Below, piece by piece: positions 1 through 24,477 of a stretch of 64,000 bases of DNA. The first letter of the stretch is position 1; every line of letters begins with the position of its first letter. Source of the stretch: Spironucleus salmonicida. Lineage: Eukaryota. The notes beneath the pieces were generated by a model. It was not told the origin of the DNA and did not search any database. It was given only the letters and a program-made list of their open reading frames with translations. The stretch covers positions 496,001 to 560,000 of the forward strand of contig NC_090596.1 of the NCBI RefSeq assembly GCF_000497125.1, written 5' to 3'. The position numbers and the translations under genes were made by a program.

Positions 1-5423
<5,423 letters not shown>

Positions 5424-7316
5424 TTTGTGTAATTAAATTTCTATGATATATTAAATAATATGTTAAAAATTATTTCTTAGTTTTTTAGTTTTATTTTTTA
5501 ATTAATATATATCAAATATTAATTTTCATTAATAGTAATTATTGACATAAATAATTAAATTTTCAATTGGAATTGATTTTAATAACTGTATTGATATATT
5601 TTAAAAATAATTTTTATTGTATACTCTAAACTATATTTAAAATTTAGTAGCATGATTATTTTTTATTAGTATAACTGTATATGATTTATTTTCAAAAAAA
5701 TGTATTTCATATTTTTATATAATATTTAATAATTAAACAAAATAAATGTGTAATAAAATTGATTAACATTTGTGATAAATCGATATTATTAAACCTAGAA
5801 CAACTTTAATAATTTTAAAATTTTATATAATTATTATAATTATCTCATAAAAAGGAAACTTAAATTGAGTTATTTATTTATTTTGATATAGTTAAAAAAT
5901 AATATTGAGCAAATAAATTATGATTGCTATTAGTTTGATTAATATAATATTTAGCGTCTGGTATTATATAAATTTATCCCTATATTTTAGTCCAGAATTA
6001 TTTAGCGTTAGAGTAATTTTTTAAATAATGATAATACATATTTGAATATAATTTTTAGTTGTTTAATAATTATCTAAGTTAACAATTATAGAGATTATTT
6101 ATTATGTACAATTATGATTGCTTATATATAATGCTGAGTCCTTATTTCATATCCATCTTAGTTTAAAATATTAAGATTTTTATTTAGCATACGATCAAGC
6201 TATCAAAATAAATTATTGAGTAGCCGCGATAGTATAATATTATCAAATAAAACAGTACTATGTAAAATTCCAAGTTATACATTTAATTATACTCTAAAAT
6301 TCAATACCAAAATTATGTGTATAAGTTTTTAAGTCAATGGTATTTGACATACATGAATTTCTAATATGATTGATTATTTTAAATTAATCTCTGATAAATA
6401 CTTATATCGTAATAAAATATTTGTTAATGCCTTAGCTTTATATAATACATACTAAATAGAATGGTAGAGATTAATTGGATGCTTATAAATTATAAATTTG
6501 TCAAAGCTTATAGGGCACTAATAAGTTTAAAGGCAACTGTTGTACATTTTATATTAATTTCTATATTAAATACGCATATCAAATAGAACTCTTACTCAAA
6601 GAAAGGCTATTGTATTACCGGATTGATTTCATTTAAAACTCAACCAATAAAATATATTATTATATCTTAAAATATTAAACATATAAATTAAAAATATATT
6701 TATAAAATATTAGTAGTTGATTCTTGCATTTTTGAATAATATATGCCATTATTTATTTAATTCACTATACATATATAAATCTTGTCACGAAACTTATCCC
6801 TCTCATATTTTGGATATCCTGTATTCTAAACTGCTATCTCTTTTACGCTTAAGATGCTCAATGTATAAATTAGGTAATTAGATAAGCTTCGTTATGTAAT
6901 ACTGATATTTTAAGTTTATTAAACATATTCTAAATGATATTTATATTTTATTTATGTTATCAAAATATTATAATTACTTAATTTCAAATTTTCAAGCATA
7001 TATATTATATTTAATATCAACTCTATGTTAAAATTAATCATTTATTTTATATGTTTCATATTATATTTTTTATTCTAATTATTAATCAGCAATGAATATA
7101 ATTTTAATTTATTTATTAGTACTTTTTATACATTTTTACAATTTTAGAATAACTCTTGCTAAATTATATATTTGTCTATATATTTTCGATATTTTTACAT
7201 TAAATTAATATTGATACACTAAAATATTAATTAAATATAAATGAAAACAATTAATTTTGCAGACAAATACTAAATAGATAATATTATTTTATCTAAATTA
7301 GCAATACTTTCATCAA

Positions 7317-12011
<4,695 letters not shown>

Positions 12012-13008
12012 TTACAATAAATAGTATATTACAATTTATAGTAATTTAATAAGCTTTAATACGGTAAAAAATTATATTTTTTTCACTAAATTAAATTTAA
12101 TTATAAATAATTTTAAGTCTACAGCTTTTTTATATTGTAGAAAATAATTCAGAATTTCATACTCTATGATAAAATATTCTGCTCATTATAAATCTTATAT
12201 TTCACTGCTAATAAAAAAACAATATTTATAATTATTAATACGCTTAGTTCGATCCTGATTATAATTAATTGCTTTATATTCATTGTATTGTTATTAGTAT
12301 AATAATAACTTCATGCCAAAAAGATAACTAAGATTTAAAAAAAATATTTTTATTTGTGAGAATAACTGCTTGTGGAAATTATTAATGCAATGTTATGGTA
12401 TTGAAATACATCATTATACCTGATATAGCTTAAATATTACAATGAGAAGATTATTTACCTTTCTTAGATTAATACTATAAAGTCGTCATAATTTTCATTT
12501 TATAATACTACCATTCGTAATATAGAATTTCAGATAATTAAATTGTTATCTAATTCAAGTTTTTATAAATATAGTCAAGTTACCACTGGCTAAAGTAATC
12601 ATCTATATTAATGTTTATTATATTAAATTGTGTTTCATAGTTATATTTATTAACAGCATTATTCTAATTAACAATTTTACAGTCTAATTTTTTGTTAAGT
12701 ATTATTTAATTTAAAATATTTCTGTAATTATATAACCCATTGAAATTGTATCAAATTTATTCGCATAAGACCACCGTATTTAATATGGTCTTTTATTATA
12801 TGGTCTTCTAGCGTCTTTATTTCAATGTAAATATCATATTAGAGATTTGATTTCCTTTCTATATATTTTAAATAAATTTTAGTTTATTTTTCCGTAATAT
12901 TCATAAATTTTATTTAGAAAATAATATCTAACTCAACCCAAATAGAAATATAATTGTCATTAAACATCATCAACATAAGTATCTATTAAATCTGATAGTG
13001 CTGAGTTA

Positions 13009-16000
13009 TCAGCAATATGATTGTATGTTATAGAATTATTGTTTTAATGACTTTATAGTATTAAATATCTCTTAACACTTAGCTAATTTTGCTTTGGAGT
13101 AGATATTTAACTGCTTTGAAATAAAAATTGAATTTCTTTTCCAGTTTAATTGTCTATACATCTAGTGTTCTTCATATTTTCTCTTGGAGTTATACTTTGA
13201 ATAGTTTTTACAGTTATAAATGATTTTGATGACTTAGGACTAATAAATTTTATAATATTCTTTTCTTTGATATTTTCTCATTTATATTCTCGGTTGCATG
13301 AATGACTTTTTCTCCTTCTTGGCGTTGATTTCTTGGTTGAATTTCTCGAACGAGGGATTCATGACGCGGTAGTACAATATCAACGACAGGAAAACGACCA
13401 CGAACATGATGCAGCAGAAGGCGATTGGAAATGAGGAAATGGGGTAGAAATTTTGCCCCTCTCGGGCGCCAATTGATACGGAGTCGATGATCTCCACCCA
13501 GACCGCAGAGGTGAGCATGTTGAACGTGACGGCTAGGGGCGAAATGAACATGAGCGTGACGGGCATGAGCACGTTCATGATCACCACCAAAGTGACCGCT
13601 ATTACGAAGCTCTCCTGCTGGGTAGAAACGGATTCAATTATCTCTTTGAAGTTGAGCAGCGTGTGGAAGAAGTAGATCAGGAAGAACGCGAAGCCCAGCC
13701 GCATCATCACCTGGATCTCCGAGTAGGAGCCTAGGATGTTCTGCAGGAACAGGATCTGGGACGCCTGGCAGAGCGTGGCGAACATGGTCTCGAAGATCGC
13801 CAGAATGAGCGTAAGCACGGACTCCTCGGCCAGCATGTACGGATTGGTAAAAACGTCCTTGAAGGCCGTCTGCAAGGCGTAGTACAGGGGGAGCGCGACT
13901 GCGACAAAGAGCAGCAGCATCTGGGAAAACTTGTACTTCATCTTCAGAATGAACGTAAACAGCAGCATGGAAAATGGCGCTGAGAAGCACTTAAAGATGG
14001 TCTGGGACACTGACATCGCCTCCGGCAGCAAAAGATAAATTGTAATCTGGAACAGGAAGTCCAGCCCCGCCCCGAACAGGAACATGAAGAAGTCCGATAC
14101 CTTGTGGTAGTAGAATTTATCCAAAATGGGAGGCTGGAGGAAGAAGAGCAAGAAGGCAAACGGGAAGGAGCCGAGGCTCAACGACGCCGAGTAGAGATAG
14201 ATGTCGTCCACGTACGCGTCCTGGAGCGCCACGCATAGGGCGATGATCTGACAGAAGAACACACCGCAGAATATCTTGAAGCTCTCGCGGACGACCCTGA
14301 TCAGCTTTATCTTAATTCTGTGGCGCTGGAGTTTGACCTTGTGCGATTTGCTCAGCAGGAGCGCCAGCGCTATGGCAATCAGAACCAGCAGGAGAAGGAG
14401 CCAAAGGAGCCATAGATATCGGAGCTTGCTCCGCACGCTGGGAACGCAAAGTTGCTGCTCCATGTGGAACCCCGTGACGCATGAGTTGCACACGATCGCC
14501 CCGCCGATCTCCTTGTGGCAGATGCCCGTGTGCAGCATGTCTGCCGATATCCTGCAGCACGAGAATGTCCCGCACTGAATGTAGGCATCTTCGCACTGGT
14601 CGCAGAAGGCGCCCTTAAACGACTCGTCGCACTCAATGCAGTAAACCTCCCCCGTGGAGGCCTCCGCGAGGCAGTCTCCGGAGTATAGCATCTCGCTCTT
14701 TGCCAGCCGGGTCCAGCATGTGAAGTTGAGCAGAATGTAGCCCGCGCCGCATTCGGTGCAGAACACCTCCTCTAGTAAGATGTAGCCTTCCTTGCAGATA
14801 GCCTCCTCTTGGCAGGAGAACTGCATGCCGTCCGGGGAGATGCAGTGTCCGACCAGAAAGTTCAACGGCAGCAGACACTGGTCATCGACCACCACATAGC
14901 CAGCCTGGCAGGTCTGGCAGGAGACGGGCACCATGTTCTGCGCACAAGAAGTGCATACCGCGGTGGAGTACTCGCCGCAGAGGCCCTGCGGGGTGTCTTA
15001 CAATGTCAGGCACCTTCCACCAACCAGCGTGAACCCCGGCTCGCAGGCTCGGCAGTTTGAGCTGGGCGTGTAGCCGGCCGAGCAGGAAACGCACTTTACT
15101 GCAGGGCCTTGGAACCAGCAGTCGCCCTGCTCGCAGAAGGTGCATTTCTGGTAGCAGCCCGGGCCCAGCACCGCCGCCTCAGCCGGGAGCATGGAATGAT
15201 CCAGCCACCCGGTCTCGCATAGCTTGCACTCGCCGGCATGGTTCAGCTTGAAACCTTCGCTGCACAGCAGGCAGTCTGGGAGCTGGTACCCTACATCGCA
15301 TTCCGCGCACCTGATGATCAGCCCGCTGGAGGCGAACGAAACCTCGCAGGTCCCGTGGCATGTCAGGTCGGTCAGCGTGCAGTCCATGAAGCATCGATCA
15401 TTTAGCAAAACGGCGTTGGGCGAGCACTCCTCGCAAAGGAGGCCGCCGTACCCCTCGTAGCATTCGCAGCTGGGCGCAGCGTCCACGGTGCAGACTCCGC
15501 CCTCGTGCTGCCTTATCTCGATACACGAGCCGTTGGGCTGCATCTGGAAGTTCGGATAGCACGAGGAGCAGATCGGCGTTGGCGACTCGTAGCACTCGCC
15601 GTTGCGGCAGAAGGGCAGCTTGCAGGCCGGGTAGCACTACTCGGCGATGAGGTACTCGCCTTCGTTGCACGACAGGCAGACGACCGCCCCGGCCACCCTG
15701 ACGCACTCGGTCCCCGGGATCAGCGGCTGGCAGTGGCCTTCGTGGAGCACGAACCCCTCCCGGCAGTTCTTGCACTGCGACAGCTCGGCGCCGTTGTGGC
15801 AGGCCGAGCACACGACGGTGTCCTGGTAGTAGAAGCAGGTTCCGTAGTCGCAAGTATCGCATTCCCGCAGGCATTGCTCCTTGTAGCTATGGTATCCGGC
15901 AGCGCAGCCCTAGCACGCAGATTCTAGGCTGTAGCCCTCGGTGCAACTGTGACAGAGAATTCCCCCTGCCGAGATGTAGCAGTCCCCGTGACAAGTTTCG

Positions 16001-17418
16001 CACTTCAAAAGGCACTCTCCGTCGACCATCAAATAGCCATCATCACAAGTAGAGCAGTCTGTCCCCGCATATGCCACGTCGCAGCTTGAACACTCGATAT
16101 TGGCCTGATCATTAAAATAGCATTCGCCATTGCAGCTAAGGCACTTCAAATAGCAGAATCCATTCTTCGCCACACTTAGGGAATCACAGTCCTCGCAGTG
16201 GTCGCCTGAATAATTTGGCTTGCAGCCTGAGCATATACTAAGGGTAGCACCGGCTATCGGGACACTAGCAAACTATACTCCTGGATTGCATACAAACTTC
16301 CCACCGACACTCAGACAACCTAAGCAGCCTAGGATACAGCTATTTTTAACCTACTTTCCATTGGGATCCTTTTTCAAGACAGAACCTAAGTTGACCAGCT
16401 CGCTTTCAAACGGTACCTGTATGATGTTTATTCTGGCAATGACGGTATACATAGCGTAGTACTCTAACTCGCAGTAGTCTAGACAGTCGCCATCATACAT
16501 CTGATGCGGATACGCGCAATGACACATTGGGCCTATACAGGTGTTATCGAATAGGCTAGTATCGCAGGAATATGCGGAATCTCGGCAATCGAAAACGTCG
16601 CAATTAAGGCCTTTCCAGCCATACTCACAAACGACTCCGTTATCTTCGCACCTTCCGTTTACTACGGTATTGCAGCGGTAGCATGTGTTTTGCAGTGATT
16701 AAGTGCCATCAAAGCACGCGCAGACGCTACCTACACACTCGCCAAGGCCTTCGCATGGGTTAATAGAGTCGAAGTCGCAGTGATAGTCAAGGCACCCATC
16801 GTGCTGCGAATACCCATTATTGCATACGCAGCCTTTCCCATCTACGCAATCTCCGTGCATGCAGTTGGAAGCTGTGCATTGGAAGAAGCAAAAAGATTTG
16901 TCCGCCGAAAGTTCAAACCCTGCCTCGCAGCCGGTGCAAAAGGTAGAGGCGTCCTCCTTATAGAAGCAGGTCCCGTTGGGTGTTTCCTGGACCTTGTAGC
17001 AAGCTCCATTCGCCACTCCGTATTCCGGAATGCACGAGTCACACCAAGTCCCTGCCACGTGAGGGTCGCATTCGCAAACTTCATCCACTAGGCACGACCC
17101 GTAGACGCAATTGGCCTTCGTGCACTCGGGGATGCATCGGGTCGCATCCTGCGACAGTACGAAATCTGGGTCGCACGAAATGCAGAGAGTGGCGCCATCT
17201 TTTTCGATGCAGCTCCCGTTCGCATTCAGTACTCCCGGGTGGCACGCCCCTTCGTAAAGCACAAAAGTCTCGCCGCACTGCTAGCAGCTAGGCATGGCAA
17301 ACCCGGGGTGACAGGACTCGCAGGAGCTTGAGCCGCTTTCCACATAGCACCCCGTGCCGTAGCAGTCGGTGCAGATCTCCATGCAGTGGAATTCGACCTC
17401 TTCGAAGCCCTCCTCGCA
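13009..17418 (-). pseudogene. Cysteine-rich surface protein, copy C: 5'-truncated C-terminal half with TM anchor and SLC35F/DMT-like domain
   Basis: One frame through ORFs starting at 17262, 16173, 15543 and 14934, to TGA at 13009-13011. Family homology starts at 17418. No in-frame ATG between the upstream TGA (17521-17523) and Met 17382. Tail is frameshifted at ~13250 relative to copy D. Confidence 0.75.
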
Positions 17419-18081
17419 TATTTTACATAACAATAACTATAAAATAGTAAATAATAATATTATCTCGATGCATAGATTTCGTTCTAGTAATTTTACTGAT
17501 TTTATATAATCTGCAATAATTCAGTATTTAATAATTCCGTTATAGGTTTAATTAATCTAAAAAATAAATGAAAACAAGTAATTAAAAATTATGCATAATT
17601 TAGTCTGATGCTACGATGATAAATATTTACTTAAATAAGAGTATTAAATAGGATTGTATGCCGATATACTGGCTATAATATCAATATAATAATTAAATTT
17701 TGAAATTAATAACTAATTTAATATTTAATTTTGATTACCAGATAATAAATTTCGGATAATAATTATGACACATATCATAGAAATATTACTTAATTATAAT
17801 ATATACTTAACTAGCATAATAATGATGATAATAATACAGGCTGCTAAAATATGTTATAATACTATTAATTTTTATTAGTAAAATGATTTAATATTTGTTT
17901 TTAAAAATAATTATAAAGTTATCAACAAATTTCAATTAGTTTAACCCTAAATAAATTATATTTGACGAATATACTTTAACAAAAAATTCTAATTTAGATT
18001 TAAGTCAATTTTTAAGTTAATAATAAATATAAATAAATATTTAATAATAATTTTAATTTAGAATCAAATCTCTTTCCACCA

Positions 18082-18474
18082 ATGCCCAAGCCAAAGTTTC
18101 TTAACTGCCCCTCTGTACCATAGTTTTAGAATCTTAACCAGGCAACTATAGTAGACAATAAAGTGCTATTAGCAGGTATGGTTGGTATGGATACTGAAAT
18201 GAATATTATGAATGGTTTAGAAGCGCAGGCACACAAAACATTTTCGAATATGAAAACTGTTTTGGAGTTTTGTGGAAGCGATCTCTAACATATTATCTCA
18301 TTGAATATTTATCTTGATAACTCATTAACTGGACCTGAGGTTGACAGATTTAATGAAATATATAGAGAATATTTCCCTGTTAAAGAAGAAAGACCGATCC
18401 GTTGCTGCGTTTAAGTCAAACTCGCTGATATACTTGTTGAAATTGTCAACACTAAGGCGTTCCTCAAGGATTGA
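18082..18474 (+). CDS. ridA: RidA / YjgF-YER057c-UK114 family enamine/imine deaminase (130 aa)
   Basis: MPKPKFLNCPSVP…QATIVDNKVLLAGMVG…LEAQAHKTFSNMKTVLEFCGSDL…FNEIYREYFP…RPIRCCVQV…LVEIV. Family motifs present and the catalytic Arg position is retained. Confidence 0.85.
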
Positions 18475-18485
18475 TATTTTATTTA

Positions 18486-19493
18486 TCACTCAACTTCTTT
18501 TCGTTTTTTTAATTCCTCAATTTTTAGCTCTAGTTTCTCTATTGTTTCATTATATTCATTTTTTATTTCTTAAATTTCGTTTTTAAATTTAGCATCAACT
18601 TATTCTGTCTATATCTAATGCAAAGCATTAATCTCATCAATTTATTAGTTTTATTCAAAAGTAACCTGATAGTATTCATCATTTGCTTCATTTAATAGTT
18701 TCTTCAAAGCTTCATATTATCCTTTTAGAGCTATAAACTACTGATTTCTATCATCAAATAGTCTCTGGTTTTCACTCAATTCGTTACGTTGACAAGTACT
18801 TTGAAGTTACAAACTTTCATATTTTCCAGTTACCTCATAAAGCTTCTTTTATAATAGATTATTTTCATCTTTTAAATTTTTATAAGCTACTAGTGGCATT
18901 TTACGATTATAAGAATTTTCCCCCTTAACAGTTTCGTATATTATTTAATTTTATTACTATATAATAATTGGAGGTTTGTAATTTTAAATTTATATAGTAA
19001 ATTTATTTAATTTAGCATAAATTTTAGAAAGTTATTATAAGATTTGTGTGTTCAAGCTTGAACTTATTTAGTTGTAGTATGTTGTACATGTATGAAAAAT
19101 TTATTTCAAAGCTAGTGATTAATTTTAAGTTTAGTTTTCAGCTAGCTAAGCTCTTCTTTCAAGTTATTAAAGAGTAGTTTTCCTACCATTCCTAAGCATC
19201 TGCAGTTACTCAAATTCCTATTTTGAAGGCTTTGGGGGTAAGACCTTTTCTTAGATTTATGGCTAAACAGTTAATTTTCTAGTGAGTCTAGGGGCTGAAG
19301 AAGCGCGAGAAGGTTATTTTGGGTCCATATTAAAAAATACAGCTTTTGTCTCATATTTTGGAGTAGGAACTCGTCGGAAAGTAGCTGAAACAGGTTTAAG
19401 TTAATCAAAACGGCCCAATTATGTATCAAAATATGTGTCTTTATCGTTATATGCAATTTATTTTTGATGGGGTGAAACTGAAAGTTGACGCAT
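18486..19493 (-). CDS. Hypothetical coiled-coil protein (335 aa)
   Basis: ATG-to-TGA frame under TAR=Gln; E/K/Q/L-rich heptad C-terminus; ends GAG TGA. Confidence 0.75.
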
Positions 19494-19725
19494 TATTTAG
19501 AAGGTTTATATTACTGTAATATTATATAAAATTTAAATTATATAGATTTCTTTAATTTATATAAAATAAATTTTACTTAATAGTTTACCTACTGTAGAAA
19601 TTTTTAAAGGAATATTATTTAGATATTCATAAATAGGTGTTATAGTAGTGTTAATATAGAATAATAAAATGTGAATAATAATATAAACTAGGAAAAAAAC
19701 TTACTTTCATTTCAATTTTACGTGC

Positions 19726-20715
19726 ATGCGCCATCCTAGGCTCCGTAGATCATCTTTCAAACCATCACCTATTTACAGAAATTTATTAAACCCTCTCTTT
19801 TTAATATTTTCACCAATAATTATTCCAATTAGGTTCTTTATCATCATAGTTTCGTTAGTTCTAAACTTTATGACAGATTCAATTTTATATCGCTTAGACT
19901 GTGATATATCCAAACCTTTATCTAAATTTTCAATGAAATATTTAAAAATAACTAAGCTTATTACTTATAAACTAGTATGCATGGCGTGTTCTATTCATGT
20001 AGTCGTAAAAGGGAAACAATAAGCCAAAATTATAATTGGTAATCATAGTTCTATGTTTGATATCCCCGTTTTAATTGCGTCTGGGATAATGTGCACAATA
20101 TCCAAATCTGGAGTAACAAAAGTTAATTTATTGAAACCTGGTATATTAGTATCTCGAACGTTACTGGCTAGAACCTGTTAAGGGAATGTTATAGATACAC
20201 TAAAAGAGAGATATTCGTAGTAAGATAGTTTGTGGCCAACAATTGGAATATTTGCAGCTGGGACTACTGTTGAAAATGATTGTATAATCCCATTTAGAAC
20301 TGGTGCATTTTAACCAATGCAACCTGTTTAGCTACTAAATATTACCTACAATACTGGGAAAGATTTCACATACACTGTATAAAATGCGAAATAAGTAATT
20401 AAGAATATATTGTTAAATCCTTTTGGTACTGTTACAGTTGAGTATTTAACTGTTATAAAACCTGAATAAGGTGAAACACCTATAGATTTTGCTACTAGAA
20501 CGCAATTTATTATGGCCTCTCTGCCTGGTAAAGAAATTTCCCCTTTTGGATATAAAGACTGTCTTTATTTTGTCGGAAAAAATTTTGTACCCTCATAAGC
20601 ATATTAAGACGAATTTGGGTGGATGGGAACACACGATGACTACATGTTGCTTTGTAAAAAAGTCAATAAAGATCCGTTCGTTTAATGGGACAAGGCTGAT
20701 CTCATTGCTGATTGA
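19726..20715 (+). CDS. Lysophospholipid acyltransferase, LPCAT/PlsC-like (329 aa)
   Basis: N-terminal TM segment, NHSSMFD (HX4D) motif, IFAAGTT (FPEGT-like), PFRTGAFQPMQPVQ. Confidence 0.85.
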
Positions 20716-22486
20716 GCAAATACTAAAATGCCTTAATGAGCCTTTCTGATTCAAATTTTACTATTCGCTCCTTTTTTTACTGCACAACTAATTGCTACCA
20801 AATTTACTTCTACCATCGTGAAAATCTGATTACATCAAGTAATACGTTATTATCAGCAGGTAAGCTTAGTTTTGACAAAATTTAATTCGCACCCACATTG
20901 TTTACTAAATTTCCTGCTAAAAATTTAAGAAATTCAATATTGACTCTTTGAATAGCTTTTAATTGCTTGTCAAAATTTACATATAACTACGTTTAAAAGC
21001 AATCTTCGATCAAAATATTATTATTTAAAAATAATGATATTATATCCTCGTTAACAATTCTTATTCCAACGTCTTTCAGTTCAGTTTTTTCCCGAATTAA
21101 ACGCCCTCGCAGCGCCCCAAATTTTGAAAACTTAGATCCAGCTCCACTCTCAATAAATATCTACAGTTATCTCAAATTCTGCCATAGCCCTTGAATATCC
21201 TTTATTCCACCAGTGGCTGCAAGTATTTCTGCCGCGATAACTGGCCCAACAAACGGTATTCCGTCCTGAAAATCGCTCCCGAGCAAAATGCTCAGAAATA
21301 CCAACGAAACCTGATTTAGGCCGTACGCCTGCAGGTCCTGATGCTCGATTATGACAACTTGCTCCTCCTGAAACTGGATGAGCTTTCTGGCGCCGAAAAC
21401 GAGGCAGTCGGAATCCGTCGAAAACGCAAATTCCGCAACATTTTTTTAGGTCAGAATGGCGCAAACTTGCTCCGCTTCCAAGTTTCTCGCGGCCGTAAAA
21501 TTTGGAACGGAGAGCATGTCGAGAAACTATCTCACTTGCTCCAGTTTCTAGCTATTGAGCTTAAAAGCGAAGGGGTCATTCATAGCCTTTAGGGAGTTTT
21601 TGGCTCCCAAAAACGTCTTCTGCGGGGGCTCGAAGTCGGGGTCTGCGAGGTCTATTTCCTGTAGAACCGTCTCGAGCGCCGCCCGTGGCGGCTGGAAATT
21701 GAGGTCTGCGAGCAGCTTTTGCAGCTTATCGCCGGTTTCCGTCTATTGCTCCTCGAAATTCTACAGTGAAATTTGGCGAATATGCTAATCGTTTCCCCGG
21801 GAAATCGGATAGTTCCCGTAGTCGTCCATATCGAAATTTTAGTCACAATTTTCGGATTTTAGGAAGAGCTATTGCTGCCTTTGGGAGCTGAAATCGACCG
21901 CCGCGCGCGATTTCTGCCAGTCGACAAACTTGGTTTCTTGCATGCTCGAGAAACTTGATAGTTCGATTAGCAGATTTGGGTAGTGCGGATTTTCAGTCTT
22001 CAGACGCCTAAACGTGTTCTGGTACGCCGTATAACTCGCTGGGACGTAGGGTGCTACATCGTCGTAGGCGCTGGATTCTGAGCTGTTTTGGAGCAGATTA
22101 GCCATTTCCTGCTAAAAACTATCCACTTTAGAGCGGAAAACTGTTGGTTTCTGCGCGTACGCGAACTCGAATGCGGCAATCTGGTTAGTAGCGTCCGTAT
22201 CCAACTCTTTAAAATTAGTCGTGGCCCTGCGCTCGCTCTGTGTTTGACGTTTTAGGAATGATGATTGGTTATCAAAAATGAAGATCGGAATGAAGCCTTT
22301 GCGAAGCAGCTTGACGGTAAGCCTGTAGACGGCGGCTATATGGAAGACGTCTGCCGTGTACGTGTGCCCGTAAGCATAGATTACAGTAAACGCATCAATT
22401 GCTACTGTTCGGTGGGGTAGCGGCCTATCAAAAGTGAAATCTTTGAAAAATGGTTTAAGAATCATCCAGAGGTTTTTAACACCCAT
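20702..22486 (-). CDS. XPG/Rad2-family structure-specific endonuclease (594 aa)
   Basis: N-domain MGVKNLWMILKP…VAIDA…PIFIFD…LKRQT; I-domain LEAEQVCAIL…STDSDCLVFGA; H3TH motif ILLGSDFQDGIPFVGPV; long N-I spacer as in XPG. Confidence 0.88.
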
Positions 22487-22674
22487 TTTATTGATAAGGG
22501 TTAAGTTGGATATAATAATCGCTTTAATGGATTTTAAATAATAATTGTGATATTATATTATTTAAATATAATGAGATATTAGATAATAGAGTTTATGTTA
22601 TTAAGGATATAATAAATTAATCATTTGAACTTTTAACATTACTTTGTTATATTTTTTGATCCATTTCGCATATA

Positions 22675-24468
22675 ATGAATAGCACAATAAATTTTTTACT
22701 TCTTACGTCTTTATAGACTACTTTAAATTATACATACTGTTTAAAAGCTGAAAATAGTCTGTAAAAATAACCATCCGTATTCTAAAATCTTTAACATTTT
22801 GCCGTAGAAGCATAATTTTATTCATGCACTGATCCAACACCAACAAAATTTGCATATTATGATGTTTATTAGCATGCATATTTAATCGATAATAAAATTG
22901 CATCATATTAACCATCAAAAGACTTTATGTTGGAGATAAGGAAGGTAGTTAATTTAAAATTTAACTTATGGAAATTTTGTATGCAAATAAATGATTTTAA
23001 TGTGAAGTATTATAATTACTAGAAAAGATTATAAAGAGATTCTGAGACCGAAAAAACTGTCTCAATACAATCGTATATTTATAATAATGCTAATTTACTA
23101 ATTTAATTTGAAAATTTGTATGAAATACTAGCTATCTGGAATTTGAATTTTACATTACTTTAGTTTAACATCAGTTTTGATTTGGATAAATAATTGGAAT
23201 ATGCATATAACTAGTTTCTAAAAGAAAGTGAAAAATTAGATTTAAGTAATTTGAATATTATTTAGAAAGAGTTTTTAGACTTTTTGGTTAAAACAGTAAA
23301 AAATTAATCATTCTAACCAAGTTTCAGTATATTGGAATTTAAAAACTATAATGGGCTTATTTATAGTTCGTGGGACTTATATAATTATGTCAAACATGGA
23401 GTATTTTAGGTTAAAAATATTAATATGATTAAGTTACAAAGAAATTAAAGAAATTTGGTCAGTTATTAAGAAATTGTTCCTAATCTAAGGAAAATTTCTA
23501 CTCTAAAGGTAAAAAACTCTTGCATTGAATTCATTTTTAATGAGGTATTAGATTTTAGTTGTGAAATTGATGGAAGAAACTGTGATTTAGAGATGATATT
23601 AGTAGGGGAGGTTACTGTTCAGATAAATGGTATTAATCAAATTATCATAGCAAGGAATTAATTACCATTATGGAGAATTTTATCTCAACACTCACCTATT
23701 TTTAACTATTTTAATTTATTTGAAACACAAAGTATTATTTATAAAAAGAATATAGGGGAACATGATATCAAAATGTACAATTAAATTGTTTTCTTTAGTA
23801 AAAATGACAAGAAATTTAATTACCCTATTTAATTTAATCAATAAGGAAACCTTATTAAATTTAGTCAAAAGTTAGAATTAATCTTCTGTAACCAAAAATA
23901 ATAAACATTGTTATAGAATGCCAATTATAGTATCACTTTACCAAACGAAGAAGGGTAGTTATTTGCAATTATTAATTAAAATTATATTAAAATAAATATA
24001 ACTTCTTTATATTAAATTGAATATACAGTTGTATCAATAATATATAATAGTTAACTAATAACAGAAATTAACTTTAAAAATCCATTTTCAGGTATTATTA
24101 TGGTATTTATTAGCAATTAAAAATAAAATATATACAATGTTACAGAACAAACATTAGTATAAATAATAATTGACTAATTTGCCACTACTTACACATTTAT
24201 TTTATCAACAGAATAAGGATTTAACAATTTTGATGTTTTGTTTGATGAATTAGAGAATATAGAACCAGAAATTCGACTGTAACAATACAGTTAAAATGTT
24301 GCAGACAATAAACTAATAAAAACAGGATATGCAGAAAATCAGGTAGCTACAACAAAGTATAGCTTTGACGAACAGATAGTAAAAAATAGCTAGTTTGTCA
24401 TTGACCTAGCTCTCACCCAATTAGTAATAATAACCATTTTTATTATAATAAAAGTTAAATTAAAGTGA
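22675..24468 (+). CDS. Hypothetical type I membrane protein (597 aa)
   Basis: MNSTINFLLLTSL signal-like start, long TGA-free frame, and a C-terminal hydrophobic stretch FVIDLALTQLVIITIFIII followed by KVKLK. Confidence 0.7.
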
Positions 24469-24477
24469 TAATAATTT

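Noticed and set aside
12765-12810. Small hairpin (AAGACCA…TGGTCTT) with a duplicated ATATGGTCTT
   Set aside because: Too short to distinguish from chance in AT-rich DNA, and it occurs once.
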